Positions 37,289 through 47,470 of a stretch of 64,000 nucleotides of DNA are shown here, one piece after another (position 1 is the stretch's first letter; each line of letters starts with the position of its first letter). The stretch is from Dehalococcoidia bacterium (GTDB taxonomy: Bacteria; Chloroflexota; Dehalococcoidia; Bin125), in the NCBI GenBank assembly GCA_963662615.2, contig CAXXSR010000002.1, positions 224,001 to 288,000 of the forward strand. Direction: 5' to 3'. The position numbers and the translations under genes are program-made. Below the pieces are notes generated by a model that saw only the letters and a program-made list of their open reading frames with translations, ran no database searches and was not told the DNA's origin.

Positions 37289-37990
37289 TCAGCGCGCAGG
37301 AGCGGCCACGGCCGGGGCGGAGGTTCGGAGCGCGATCTCGAACTCGGCGGCGAAGGCGTCCAGGAACCGTTCTCGCACCTCGGCGGGGGACGGTGCGCGC
37401 CCCAGATGCATGGCGATGGAGGTGGCCGGGACGTCCGCGTCGCCACACGGCGCGATCAAGCGCCAATGCGCCATGTCCGGGTCCACGTTCAGCGCCAGCC
37501 CGTGCATGGTCACCCAGCGGGAGACGTGCACGCCGACTGAGGCGATCTTCCCCTTGTCCGTAAAGACGCCGTGGCGAGCGCCGTCGCGCTGCGCGCGAAT
37601 TCCGTAGGCGCTCAATACGCGCAGGACGGCCCCTTCCAGGCCGGTGACGTAGCCGAGCAGATCAGCGTCGAGGCGGCGCAGGTTGACGATGGGATAGGCG
37701 ACGAGCTGCCCGGGGCCGTGGTAGGTGACATTGCCGCCGCGTTGCGTGGGGACGATCTCGATGCCGGCGGCGGCGAGCGCCGCGGGCGACAGAATGCCGG
37801 CGCGATCGCCACGCCGCCCGAGCGTGACGACGGGGTCGTGCTCCACCAGGATCAGCGTGTCGGGCGCGCTGCCGGCTACGACCGCCTGATGCAGGGAGCG
37901 CTGCAGGTCGAGGGCGGCGCGGAAGGGCAGACGGCCAGCATCGTGGACGTGGAACGAGATCCGAGCTCGCATGTCCCGTAGGCCCTCCAT
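37289..37990 (-). CDS. lipB: Lipoyl(octanoyl) transferase LipB
   Basis: EHDPVVTLGRR, RGGNVTYHGPGQLVAYP, KIASVG, HGLALN, PCG. Confidence 0.96.
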   Translation of the reverse strand: MEGLRDMRARISFHVHDAGRLPFRAALDLQRSLHQAVVAGSAPDTLILVEHDPVVTLGRRGDRAGILSPAALAAAGIEIVPTQRGGNVTYHGPGQLVAYPIVNLRRLDADLLGYVTGLEGAVLRVLSAYGIRAQRDGARHGVFTDKGKIASVGVHVSRWVTMHGLALNVDPDMAHWRLIAPCGDADVPATSIAMHLGRAPSPAEVRERFLDAFAAEFEIALRTSAPAVAAPAR

Positions 37991-37996
37991 CTATCG

Positions 37997-39403
37997 CTAG
38001 AGGTGAATCGCCCGTCCGTGCGCGGCGAGCGCGGCCTCGCCCAGCGCTTCGGCGACGGTGGGGTGGGCGTGCACGGCCCGGAACAGCGACTCCGCGCTGG
38101 CCTCCAATTCGAGCGCCGCGCTCGCCTCGGCGATCAGTTCGGTGGCATGCGGTCCGATGATGTGAACGCCCAGCAGCTCGTCGTACTGCCGCTCCACGAC
38201 CGTCTTCACGAAGCCGCCCGTCTCGCCGAGGAGCTTGGCCTTGCCGCTGGCGGCGAACGGAAAGGTGCCCACGGCGACGTCATGACCGCGGCTGCGGGCT
38301 TCCGCTTCGGTGAGTCCGATGGAGGCGACCTCCGGGCGGCAGTAGGTGCAAGACGGGACCTTGTCATAGTTGACCGGCGGTGGCTCCAGGCCAGCGGCGT
38401 GCTCGACCGCCAGGATCCCCTCGTGCGCCGCGACGTGGGCCAAGGCGGGGCCTTTGACGATATCGCCGATGGCATAGACGCCGGGCTCTCCCGTGCGCAT
38501 CATGGCGTCGACCTCGACGAAGCCGTTGTCGAGGCGAACGTTGGCGCCGTTGAGGCCGAGGTCGTCGGTGCAGGGCCCGCGACCGACGGCGACCAGTAAG
38601 AGGTCGGCCTCCAGCGGGAGCGAAACACCGTCCTGCGTCGCCTGGATGCGAACGGCTTGGTCGGTCACGTCGATGTCCTCGACGCGCGTCGCGGTATGGA
38701 CGGTGATTTTCCGCTCCTCGAACGCCCGCTGCAACTCGGCCGAAATGTCGGCGTCTTCGAGCGGGAGGACGCGGGGCAGCATCTCCACCAGCGTCACTTG
38801 GGAGCCGAAGGACGAGGCGATGGAAGCGAACTCCACGCCGACGGCGCCGGCGCCGAGCACTACCAGCGACTGCGGCACGGTGCGCAGGGCGATCGCGTGA
38901 TCCGAGCTGATGATCCGCTCGCCGTCGATGGGGATGCCAGGCAGCTCCCGGACCGCGGAGCCGGTGGCGAGAATGATCGTGCGGCTGTCGACGATGAAGG
39001 GGGCACCGTCCGCCGGTGTGACTTCGATGCGACCGGCGCCCGCCAGACGCCCGCGCCCGGCGAGGAGCGTGATCTCGTTCTTGCGGAACAGGTACTGGAT
39101 CCCGCGCACGTTGGACTGCACGGTCTCATCCTTGTAGCGATGGACGCCCTCCAGGTCCAGTTGCACGCCGGTCACCTTGACACCGAAGCGCGACGCCCCG
39201 CGGGCACCGTCCAGGACGTCGGCGGCGTGCAGGAGGGCCTTGGTGGGAATGCAGCCCCGGTGGAGACAGGTGCCACCCGGTTGGGGGGACATTTCCACCA
39301 CCGCCGTACGCAGCCCGAGCTGGGCCGCGCGAATCGCCGCGACGTAGCCCCCGGGGCCGCTCCCGATCACCGTTACGTCAAAGTTCGTGTTCGGCGTTGG
39401 CAC
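37997..39403 (-). CDS. lpdA: Dihydrolipoyl dehydrogenase (E3)
   Basis: GSGPGGYVAAIRAAQLG; GGTCLHRGCIPTK; HAHPTVAE. Confidence 0.97.
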   Translation of the reverse strand: MPTPNTNFDVTVIGSGPGGYVAAIRAAQLGLRTAVVEMSPQPGGTCLHRGCIPTKALLHAADVLDGARGASRFGVKVTGVQLDLEGVHRYKDETVQSNVRGIQYLFRKNEITLLAGRGRLAGAGRIEVTPADGAPFIVDSRTIILATGSAVRELPGIPIDGERIISSDHAIALRTVPQSLVVLGAGAVGVEFASIASSFGSQVTLVEMLPRVLPLEDADISAELQRAFEERKITVHTATRVEDIDVTDQAVRIQATQDGVSLPLEADLLLVAVGRGPCTDDLGLNGANVRLDNGFVEVDAMMRTGEPGVYAIGDIVKGPALAHVAAHEGILAVEHAAGLEPPPVNYDKVPSCTYCRPEVASIGLTEAEARSRGHDVAVGTFPFAASGKAKLLGETGGFVKTVVERQYDELLGVHIIGPHATELIAEASAALELEASAESLFRAVHAHPTVAEALGEAALAAHGRAIHL

Positions 39404-39442
39404 GATATCGCTCCCGTGGCGGCCCCGCAGCCGAGGCTGCGC

Positions 39443-40903
39443 TTAGACGTCGGTGAGGAGCAGGTACGGGTGCTGCAGGTATCGGCGCACGCCCTGCATG
39501 AACTGCGCCCCCGGCGCGCCATCAACCACGCGGTGGTCGATGGTGAGACTAATCGTGAGGGAGGAGCGCCGCTCCAACTGCGTGCCGGACTCCCCCACGA
39601 AGGCCGGGTGCTCACGGATGCGCCCCACGCCCAGAATCGCGGCCTGGGGCGGATTGATGATGGGCGTGAAGACATCGATGTCGAACATGCCCAGCGAGGT
39701 GACGGTGAAAGTGCCGCCGGTGAGATCGTCGGGCGTGAGGCCGCCCTCGCGCGCCTTCCCCGCCAGCACCGCCGATTCGCCGGCGATCTCTTTGAGGGGC
39801 TTGCGGTCCGCGTGGCGGATGACGGGCACGATCAGCCCGTCGTCCAGCGCGACGGCGAAGCCGACGTGCACGTCGGGCTGGACGCGGATGGTGTCACCGT
39901 CAAGCGCGGCGTTGAGGCGGGGATGATCGCGCAGGGCCAGGGCCACCGCCTTGGTGACCATGTCGGTGTAGGTGACGCGCAGCCCGTCGGCCTCCCAGGC
40001 GTCAAGGAGGTCGCGGCGAAGCTTGACGGCCTCGGTCATATCGACATCCATCGACATGGTGAGTTGCGCCATGCTCTGCAGCGATTCGAACATGCGCTGG
40101 CCGATGGTGCGGCGGATGCCGCGGTAGGGGAGTTCGCCGGTCAGCGGAGCGGCGGCGGCGGCGGGAGCCGCTGCAGGTGCGGCGGGCGCGGCAACGGCTG
40201 CGCCGGCGGCGATCGCCGCTTCCACGTCTTCCTTGATGATGCGCCCGTCGGGCCCGCTGCCCGCGATGCGTCCGAGATCGACGTTGTGTTCGGCGGCGAG
40301 CCGTTTCGCCACCGGCGACGCTTTGACGGGCCCAGCGCTGGGCGCGGCAGCCGATGCGGCAGCGCCCACTCCGGCAGCGCCCACTCCGGCAGCGCCCACT
40401 CCGACAGCGCCCACTCCGGCAGTGGTGGCCGCCTCCACGTCCTCTTTGACAATGCGGCCTCCAGGGCCAGTGCCCTGGAGCAGCCGAAGGTCGATCCCCC
40501 GCTCTTGGGCGAGCCGCTTGGCCGCCGGAGAGGCCTTCACAGCTCCATCGCCGGTCGCACGCGGCAGCGCAGGAGCAGCAGTGGGGGTCAGTGGGGCCGC
40601 GGCGGCAGCGGCGGCGGGAGGGGGCGCGGCGGGAGCGGGAGCGATGGCATCGGCCGGCAGATCCTCGCCCTCGGCGAGGATATAGGCAACGACCTCGCCG
40701 GCGGGGAGCGTAGCGTCAACCGGGTGGAGGACGCGCACAATGCCGGCCGCCTCCGCCTCCACTTCGTAGTCCACCTTCTCCGTCTCAAACGCGAAGAGCT
40801 GGTCGTTGAGCGCGACCGAGTCGCCGTCCTGGACGAACCATTCGGTGATGGTCCCTTCCACCATGGTCATGCCCATCTTCGGCAGCACAACTACAGAGGC
40901 CAC
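39443..40903 (-). CDS. acoC: Dihydrolipoamide acetyltransferase E2 (AcoC-like) with two E3-binding domains
   Basis: Lipoyl domain ETEKV; two ASP.AKRLA...G.G..GRI.KEDV domains; DHRVVDG. Confidence 0.92.
   Translation of the reverse strand: MASVVVLPKMGMTMVEGTITEWFVQDGDSVALNDQLFAFETEKVDYEVEAEAAGIVRVLHPVDATLPAGEVVAYILAEGEDLPADAIAPAPAAPPPAAAAAAAPLTPTAAPALPRATGDGAVKASPAAKRLAQERGIDLRLLQGTGPGGRIVKEDVEAATTAGVGAVGVGAAGVGAAGVGAAASAAAPSAGPVKASPVAKRLAAEHNVDLGRIAGSGPDGRIIKEDVEAAIAAGAAVAAPAAPAAAPAAAAAPLTGELPYRGIRRTIGQRMFESLQSMAQLTMSMDVDMTEAVKLRRDLLDAWEADGLRVTYTDMVTKAVALALRDHPRLNAALDGDTIRVQPDVHVGFAVALDDGLIVPVIRHADRKPLKEIAGESAVLAGKAREGGLTPDDLTGGTFTVTSLGMFDIDVFTPIINPPQAAILGVGRIREHPAFVGESGTQLERRSSLTISLTIDHRVVDGAPGAQFMQGVRRYLQHPYLLLTDV
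40358..40417. repeat. 15-bp tandem repeat x4 in the E2 linker (GVGAA)
   Basis: ggcagcgcccactcc repeated four times, one copy with a mismatch. Confidence 0.9.
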
Positions 40904-40930
40904 GAGATCCCTCCTTGCGCTTCGCTTCGC

Positions 40931-41917
40931 TCAGACGGGCCGGCGGAGAAAGCCGGCATCGCGGGCCGCGTCGAGACAGCGGCCGACGTCGACGACCGGC
41001 GGCCCCGACCGTGCGACGGTGAGACTTGCGGCCTGACCGGGCCCGAGGCTGAACTCGCGTTCGCCGTCCAATGCCACCAACGCCGGTCCGGCCACCTGCA
41101 CGCTCGCACCCAGCGGCAGCTGCTGCGCCCGCGCCACGAGCAAGCCGGCAACGAGGCCCGGGGCGATGGGGGCCCGAACGAGATCCTCTCCCTGGCCGAG
41201 GACGAGGTGCAGACCGAAGTCGTCCTGAGGCCGGACCGACATGACCATGCCGCCGACGGCCGCCATACCCAGGACGTCCGGCTGGGCGCGCGTCAAGACG
41301 ACTTCGCGGATGTCGTCGAGTTCCCAAATGGCGCGACTGCCGACGAAGCGGCCATTCATCAAGACCGCGTCGATCAGGGCGACTTCGCGGCGTCCCCCGT
41401 CGACGACGACTTCGATCCATTTGCAGCGCTGCGCCACCGTCTCCGGATCCACCGCGCCGCAGGCGAGCGCGCCCGCCGCCAGCCCGGCGATGGTGCCCTC
41501 CATCATGATGGGGAAGACGTTGTTGGTGCCGGTGGAGATGGGCACAACGGGAACGTCGCTGGTTCCCATGGCGAGGGCGCGGTTGGTGCCGTCGCCGCCG
41601 AGGCAGACGATCACGCCGACGCCTTGGGCGGCCATGGCGGCGGCGGCCATGACGGTGTCGGCGGTGGTGGCGGTGTAGGCGCCGTCGACCGGGGCGATCT
41701 CGAGGTCGAGATCGAGGCAATCGACCGCCTGCTGGACGATTTGCGCGGAGTCCGGCATGAAGAGGACGCGCTCTACGCCGGTGGCCGCGAGTCCCAGAAC
41801 GACGCGGCGGACGATGCTGATCTTCTCTTGCGTGTCGAAGACGGAAGCGTGCGCGACGAGGCGGCGAATGTCCTTCCCGGAGGCGGGGTTGGCGATGATG
41901 CCGGCGGTGGCCGCCAT
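40931..41917 (-). CDS. acoX: AcoX (NAD-kinase-like acetoin catabolism protein)
   Basis: GIIANPASGKDIRRLVA; LGGDGTNR; STGTNNVFP. Confidence 0.9.
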   Translation of the reverse strand: MAATAGIIANPASGKDIRRLVAHASVFDTQEKISIVRRVVLGLAATGVERVLFMPDSAQIVQQAVDCLDLDLEIAPVDGAYTATTADTVMAAAAMAAQGVGVIVCLGGDGTNRALAMGTSDVPVVPISTGTNNVFPIMMEGTIAGLAAGALACGAVDPETVAQRCKWIEVVVDGGRREVALIDAVLMNGRFVGSRAIWELDDIREVVLTRAQPDVLGMAAVGGMVMSVRPQDDFGLHLVLGQGEDLVRAPIAPGLVAGLLVARAQQLPLGASVQVAGPALVALDGEREFSLGPGQAASLTVARSGPPVVDVGRCLDAARDAGFLRRPV

Positions 41918-42062
41918 ACGGGCTCCGTCCGTGGCGCCGCGGCGCTCGCCCAGTTCAATCCCCAGAGGGGAGGGCGCGACCCTCGCGCACTGAAGCGAGG
42001 GCGTGCACGGCGCGCCCTCAGCGTAAAGCATGCGCGTGGCATACCGGATGGGCGGCGCCCAC

Positions 42063-43042
<980 letters not shown>

Positions 43043-43043
<1 letters not shown>

Positions 43044-44035
43044 TAGGCCCTCGTCTCGGTGTAGACACTCGTCTCGGTGTAGACATCGTCCAGGAGGGCG
43101 GCGGGGTCCGGCAGGGGGCTGTCTTCAGCGAACTGGATGGCCTCTTCAATGCGTGCGCGCGTGCGCTCGACGACGGCCTCCGCCTCGGCCTCGGTGAGCA
43201 CGCCTTCGCCGACCAACTTCTCGCGCAACTGCGGGATGGGATCGCGCGCGCGCCAGCTTGCGATCTCGTCTTTGTCTCGTTTGAGGACGCCGAAATCGCG
43301 GCCGACGTGGTCGTAGTAGCGGTAGGTCTTGCATTCGATCAGTGAGGGACCCTCGCCGCGGCGGGCCCGCTCCGCAGCGATGCTCACGGTTTCATAGACG
43401 GCTATTACATCCATGCCATCCACGGTCACGCCGGGCATGTTGTAGCTGCCCGCGCGCTCGGAGACGTCCTTAATCGGCAGGTGGTCGGCGACGGGCGTGA
43501 ACTCGCCGTACTGGTTGTTCTCGCAGACGAAGACCAACGGCACCTTGTAGAGCGCGGCCATGCTGGCCGCCTCATGGAAGCTCCCGCGATTGGCGGCGCC
43601 GTCGCCGAAGAAGCAGACGCAGACCTTGCCGTCGTTGCGGTACTTGGAGGCGAAGGCGGCGCCCAGCGCGATGGGCGGGCCGGCGCCGACGATCCCGTTG
43701 GCGCCGAGCATGCCGATGTCCAAGTCGGCGATGTGCATGGAGCCGCCCTTGCCCTTGCAGTAGCCCGTGGCCCTGCCGAACAGCTCCGCGTACATGCGGG
43801 CGGGGTCGCCGCCCTTGGCGATCAGGTGCCCGTGGCCGCGGTGCGTGGAGGTGATGTAGTCAGAGTCCTCCAGGGCAGAACAGACCCCCACGGCCACCGC
43901 CTCTTCGCCCACGTAGAGATGGACGGCCCCGGCGATGCGGTCTTGCTCCATGAGGATGCCGGCGCGCTCGTCGAACTCGCGGATGAGGACCATCCGCTCG
44001 TACATTTCGATCAGCTTTTCGTTGGGGATATCCAT
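43043..44035 (-). CDS. acoA: Acetoin/2-oxoacid dehydrogenase E1 alpha (TPP-dependent)
   Basis: HLYVGEEA, STHRGHGH, GKGGSMH, FFGDGA, ENN. Confidence 0.9.
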
Positions 44036-44142
44036 GCGTGGCCCTCGGCGGCGCCAACGCCGCGCGCCCTCTAAGTCGGTGGTATGACGAGCGGCGGTCA
44101 GGATACGGGCGGCCGAACGAGAATGTCAATTTCGAGGGGCGC

Positions 44143-44667
44143 TCAACGGTCGATCGCGGCGCGGCGCGTCGCGCGCCAGGCGGCCAGAATCTCCGTGTCG
44201 AAGGGGAATGCCGGCGGCGGCAGCTCCGTTGTAGCGAAGAAGCGGACGTCGGTCGCCTCCGCGCCGGGGCTGAGCGCGCCGCCGACGGGATGGCCGTGAT
44301 AGGCGATGAAGACCACCGGATTACCGCTTTGGGAGAAGACACCCAGCAAGCCGTCCACGGCGACATCTAAGCCGGTCTCCTCGCGCACCTCACGGACGGC
44401 AGCCGCACGCAGCTCTTCGGCTCGATCGACGAAGCCGCTGGGGAAGGCCCAGGCGCCCATTTGGGGATCGTGGTTGCGTTGGGTGTAGAGCAGGCGTCCC
44501 TGCGCGTCTTCCACCAGCACGCCCACGGCGACTTTGGGATCGTTGAAGTGGACGAACTCGCAGCGCGGACAGGCGAGCCGTCTCGCGCCGTGGGCCTGGC
44601 GGGGTTCCAGCGGCGCCGAGCAGAGCGGGCAGAAGGTGGGCTCAACCAGCGGCAGGGGGCGCTCCAT
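44143..44667 (-). CDS. NUDIX hydrolase with N-terminal zinc ribbon
   Basis: FCPLC...CPRC; Nudix box GFVDRAEELRAAAVREVREETG. Confidence 0.9.
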   Translation of the reverse strand: MERPLPLVEPTFCPLCSAPLEPRQAHGARRLACPRCEFVHFNDPKVAVGVLVEDAQGRLLYTQRNHDPQMGAWAFPSGFVDRAEELRAAAVREVREETGLDVAVDGLLGVFSQSGNPVVFIAYHGHPVGGALSPGAEATDVRFFATTELPPPAFPFDTEILAAWRATRRAAIDR

Positions 44668-44684
44668 TGCGGCGCGGCGGCGCG

Positions 44685-45494
44685 CTAGCCGGGCAGCACG
44701 ACGTGCTCAAATCGCTCGTAGTAGCGGTCGTCGGGATCGCGCCAGCGCTTCTTGATCTGGGCGAAGAACGCCTCCCCCCTGTCGGCGAACTGCGAGACGT
44801 GCTGGGTCAGCGCAGCGATCTTGCGTTCGATGGTCTCGGTGACGTCGACGGCGAAGTTGGGGTCGTTGCTGCCGAAGAGATAGAGCTCCAGCACGTTGTG
44901 GGTCTGGAGGCCCTCGTCGTCGATCTGCTCGGAGAAGTTGAGGTAATCGCGGGCGGTGGGGTAGACGGCGTCCACGGCCATGATGCCGGTGGTGCGATGG
45001 TCGCGGTGGTTGATGAAGCCGAGGTGTTCGGGCTGCTCATCGTCGAGAGCGCGGAAGAGCCGGCGCAGGATGATGTCGGGCGTATGGGTGAAGACGGCGT
45101 CCGGTTGGAGGCGGCGGATCTCGCGAACGATCTGGCCCAGCGTCTGGCGGCTGTACTCAAGCTCGCCGTCCTCACCCGAGAGGAACGTGCAGGAGCGAAC
45201 GCCCAACGTGCGAGCCGCCGCGCGCTGCTCCTCTTGGCGCATGGGGACCAGGCGTTCGAGGGTCATGGTGCGGTCGCTGGAGCCTTTGGAGCCGTTGGTG
45301 ACGACGAGGTAGTGGAAGTCCCAATCCTGCTGGGACCAGAGGGCGGCGGTGCCGCCGACGCCAAAATCGGGATCGTCGGGGTGGGCGGCGATCACCAGGG
45401 CGACCTTGCGCTTGCCTCCCGCCGGCTGGCTCTGCTCGGAAATGGCGAACCCCCTCACGGCACGGTCGCTGCGGCCGCTTGGGCGAGCTGCCAC
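44685..45494 (-). CDS. PIG-L/LmbE-family deacetylase (start uncertain)
   Basis: AHPDD, TNGSKG, HRDH, HVSQ. Confidence 0.9.
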   Translation of the reverse strand: MAARPSGRSDRAVRGFAISEQSQPAGGKRKVALVIAAHPDDPDFGVGGTAALWSQQDWDFHYLVVTNGSKGSSDRTMTLERLVPMRQEEQRAAARTLGVRSCTFLSGEDGELEYSRQTLGQIVREIRRLQPDAVFTHTPDIILRRLFRALDDEQPEHLGFINHRDHRTTGIMAVDAVYPTARDYLNFSEQIDDEGLQTHNVLELYLFGSNDPNFAVDVTETIERKIAALTQHVSQFADRGEAFFAQIKKRWRDPDDRYYERFEHVVLPG

Positions 45495-45530
45495 GTGCGG
45501 TCAGGTCGATTGTAGTGAAGCGATGGACAA

Positions 45531-45595
45531 TGGCTGCGGACAGTGGCCGCGAACAGTGGCTGCGAACAGTGGCCGCGAACAGTGGGCGCGAACGG
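45531..45595. repeat. 13-bp tandem array x5 (TGGCYGCGAACAG) upstream of lexA
   Basis: tggctgcggacag/tggccgcgaacag/tggctgcgaacag/tggccgcgaacag/tgggcgcgaacgg. Confidence 0.9.
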
Positions 45596-45622
45596 ACCCG
45601 CCTGGCGGTGGGCCGTCGACTG

Positions 45623-45652
45623 TTGACATAGACCGTCGTTATGCGTGATAGT
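45623..45652 (+). promoter_or_regulatory. Putative sigma-70 promoter of lexA (TTGACA...GATAGT)
   Basis: Perfect -35 TTGACA at 45623; weak -10 18 bp downstream. Confidence 0.5.
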
Positions 45653-45666
45653 CGGGGTGTTTCCTA

Positions 45667-45678
45667 GAACACACGTTC
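45667..45678. promoter_or_regulatory. LexA SOS box of Gram-positive/Chloroflexi type (GAAC-N4-GTTC)
   Basis: GAACacacGTTC between promoter and lexA start. Confidence 0.85.
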
Positions 45679-45741
45679 CATGAATCGAGCGTGGGGACGA
45701 CAGGGAACATCAGGTGGGGGGCGAGCGAGGGGAGTGACGGG

Positions 45742-46392
45742 ATGAAGCGGCGCTCCGACAAACAGGACCGCATTCTACAGTTCCTGCGGGGGTTTCTCAG
45801 CGAGCACGACTACCCGCCCAGCATTCGCGACATCCAGGCCGGCTGTGGCATCTCTTCCACCTCCGTGGTGGATTACAACCTCAAGGCGCTGGAGGGGAAG
45901 GGGCTGATCCGTCGGGACCGCGAGATCTCGCGCGGCATCGTCCTGCTGGGGGAGGAGCGCCACAGCGACGAGGGCCGGACCGTCCGCATCCCCGTCCTGG
46001 GCGCCATTGCGGCGGGGCAACCGATGCCTCTGCCCACGGCGGAGGGAATGGACCCGGACCGGGCGGGGGAGAGCATCACCGTCACGGAGGAGATACTGGG
46101 CAGCCGGCGGGGAGGCGACCTGTTCGCCTTGCGGGTGCAGGGCACGTCGATGATCGACGCGCTGATCAACGACGGCGACATCGTCATCATGGAGCCGGCC
46201 GAATCGGTGGATGACGGCGAAACGGCCGCGATCTGGTTGAAGGACGCTAACGAGGTCACCCTGAAGAAGGTGTACCGCGAAGGCGCGAGGGTCCGGCTGC
46301 AGCCGATGAACGCCGCCATGCAGCCCATCTACACCGCCGCGGAGAACGTGGAGGTGCAGGGGCGCGTGGTTACGGCGATCCGGGCGATGTAG
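45742..46392 (+). CDS. lexA: SOS repressor LexA
   Basis: YPPSIRDI HTH; IAAG cleavage site; GTSM (Ser); TLKK (Lys). Confidence 0.97.
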   Translation: MKRRSDKQDRILQFLRGFLSEHDYPPSIRDIQAGCGISSTSVVDYNLKALEGKGLIRRDREISRGIVLLGEERHSDEGRTVRIPVLGAIAAGQPMPLPTAEGMDPDRAGESITVTEEILGSRRGGDLFALRVQGTSMIDALINDGDIVIMEPAESVDDGETAAIWLKDANEVTLKKVYREGARVRLQPMNAAMQPIYTAAENVEVQGRVVTAIRAM

Positions 46393-46398
46393 CTTTCC

Positions 46399-46462
46399 CG
46401 TCCCTGAGGAGCGCGTCCCTGAGGAGCCGGCGCAGCCCTGAGACGCTGCGTCCCTAAGGAGC
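46399..46462. repeat. Direct repeats CGTCCCTGAGGAGC (3 good copies + 1 degenerate) between convergent lexA and holA
   Basis: Copies at 46399, 46414, 46449; partial at 46435. Confidence 0.75.
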
Positions 46463-46473
46463 CGCCGCGCCCC

Positions 46474-47469
46474 TTAGCGTCGGGCGCGGGAGAGGTCCGC
46501 CACCAGGAGTTCCACCGCCACCTCTTCACGCAAGCCGCCCGGCCGATCATGGCGGTAGTTCTGGATAGCGACTTCGCACTGAAGGACTCGACGGAGGGCG
46601 GCGTCGGCAGCGGCCTGGGTGTAGCGACGGGCCTGATCGACAGCGCGGCCGGCGACGAACTGCCGCACTTTCAGTTGCTCCTGCACCTCCTCAGCGGAGC
46701 CGCCGCGGTCCAGCACCTCTCTGGCGACCGCGATCATCCGCATCTGGCGGGCGAGCATGGAGACGATGCGCTGCGACGTTTCCCCGGCTGAGCGGACGGC
46801 GTCGAGCGCCTGCATGGCGCGGGCGGGGCGCCCCTCCGCCACCGCGTCGACCAGTTGGAAGATGTTCGCCTCACGATTGACCGGCGACAGCGCCACGACC
46901 ACGGCTTCGTCCACGACGGCGTCGCCGGCGTAGATCTGCAGCTTCTCCAGCTCCCCGGAAAGCGCCCAGAGGTCATTCCCCACCTGCGCGACCAGCCGCT
47001 GCGCCGCAGCCGGGGCTAGCTGCAACCCTAAGGCCCGGGCTCTGTCGCGCACCCAGGGAACAAGGTCACGATGCCTGAGCGCGGGGAAGTCTCGGACCTC
47101 GCCCGCTTCAGCGATCGACACGCGGATGGGATTGGATGGGGGCACGGCATCGTCCTGGAAGATGAGGAGGGTGGCGGCGGGCACGGTCCGCAACAGGTCC
47201 GGCAGACGTTCCCACTCTCCCAGGCCGTCCCGGCGCCGGGCGGCCGGCGCTTCAAAGCGCTCGCAGAGTCCGTCCACACGCACCAGGCGGAAGTCGGCGA
47301 GGAATGGCACCGTCAGAGCGGCGGCCTCCAGTTCGCCCAGGGACAGGGTTGCGCCGTCCAGCACCACCGTGTTCGCCGCCAGGGATCCGTCGCGGTCGTG
47401 CAGGGCGCGGAGGGCGTCGTAGGCCTCGCGCCGAGTGAAGCTGTTAGCGCCGGTGAGGAGGACGATCAC
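46474..47469 (-). CDS. holA: DNA polymerase III delta subunit
   Basis: LLTG; PFLADFRLVRV; VGNDLWALSGELEKL; IFQLVDAV. Confidence 0.92.
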   Translation of the reverse strand: MIVLLTGANSFTRREAYDALRALHDRDGSLAANTVVLDGATLSLGELEAAALTVPFLADFRLVRVDGLCERFEAPAARRRDGLGEWERLPDLLRTVPAATLLIFQDDAVPPSNPIRVSIAEAGEVRDFPALRHRDLVPWVRDRARALGLQLAPAAAQRLVAQVGNDLWALSGELEKLQIYAGDAVVDEAVVVALSPVNREANIFQLVDAVAEGRPARAMQALDAVRSAGETSQRIVSMLARQMRMIAVAREVLDRGGSAEEVQEQLKVRQFVAGRAVDQARRYTQAAADAALRRVLQCEVAIQNYRHDRPGGLREEVAVELLVADLSRARR

Positions 47470-47470
47470 G

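Noticed and set aside
45531-45595. Possible mini CRISPR array
   Set aside because: Units are 13 bp, directly abutting, with no spacers and no cas genes.
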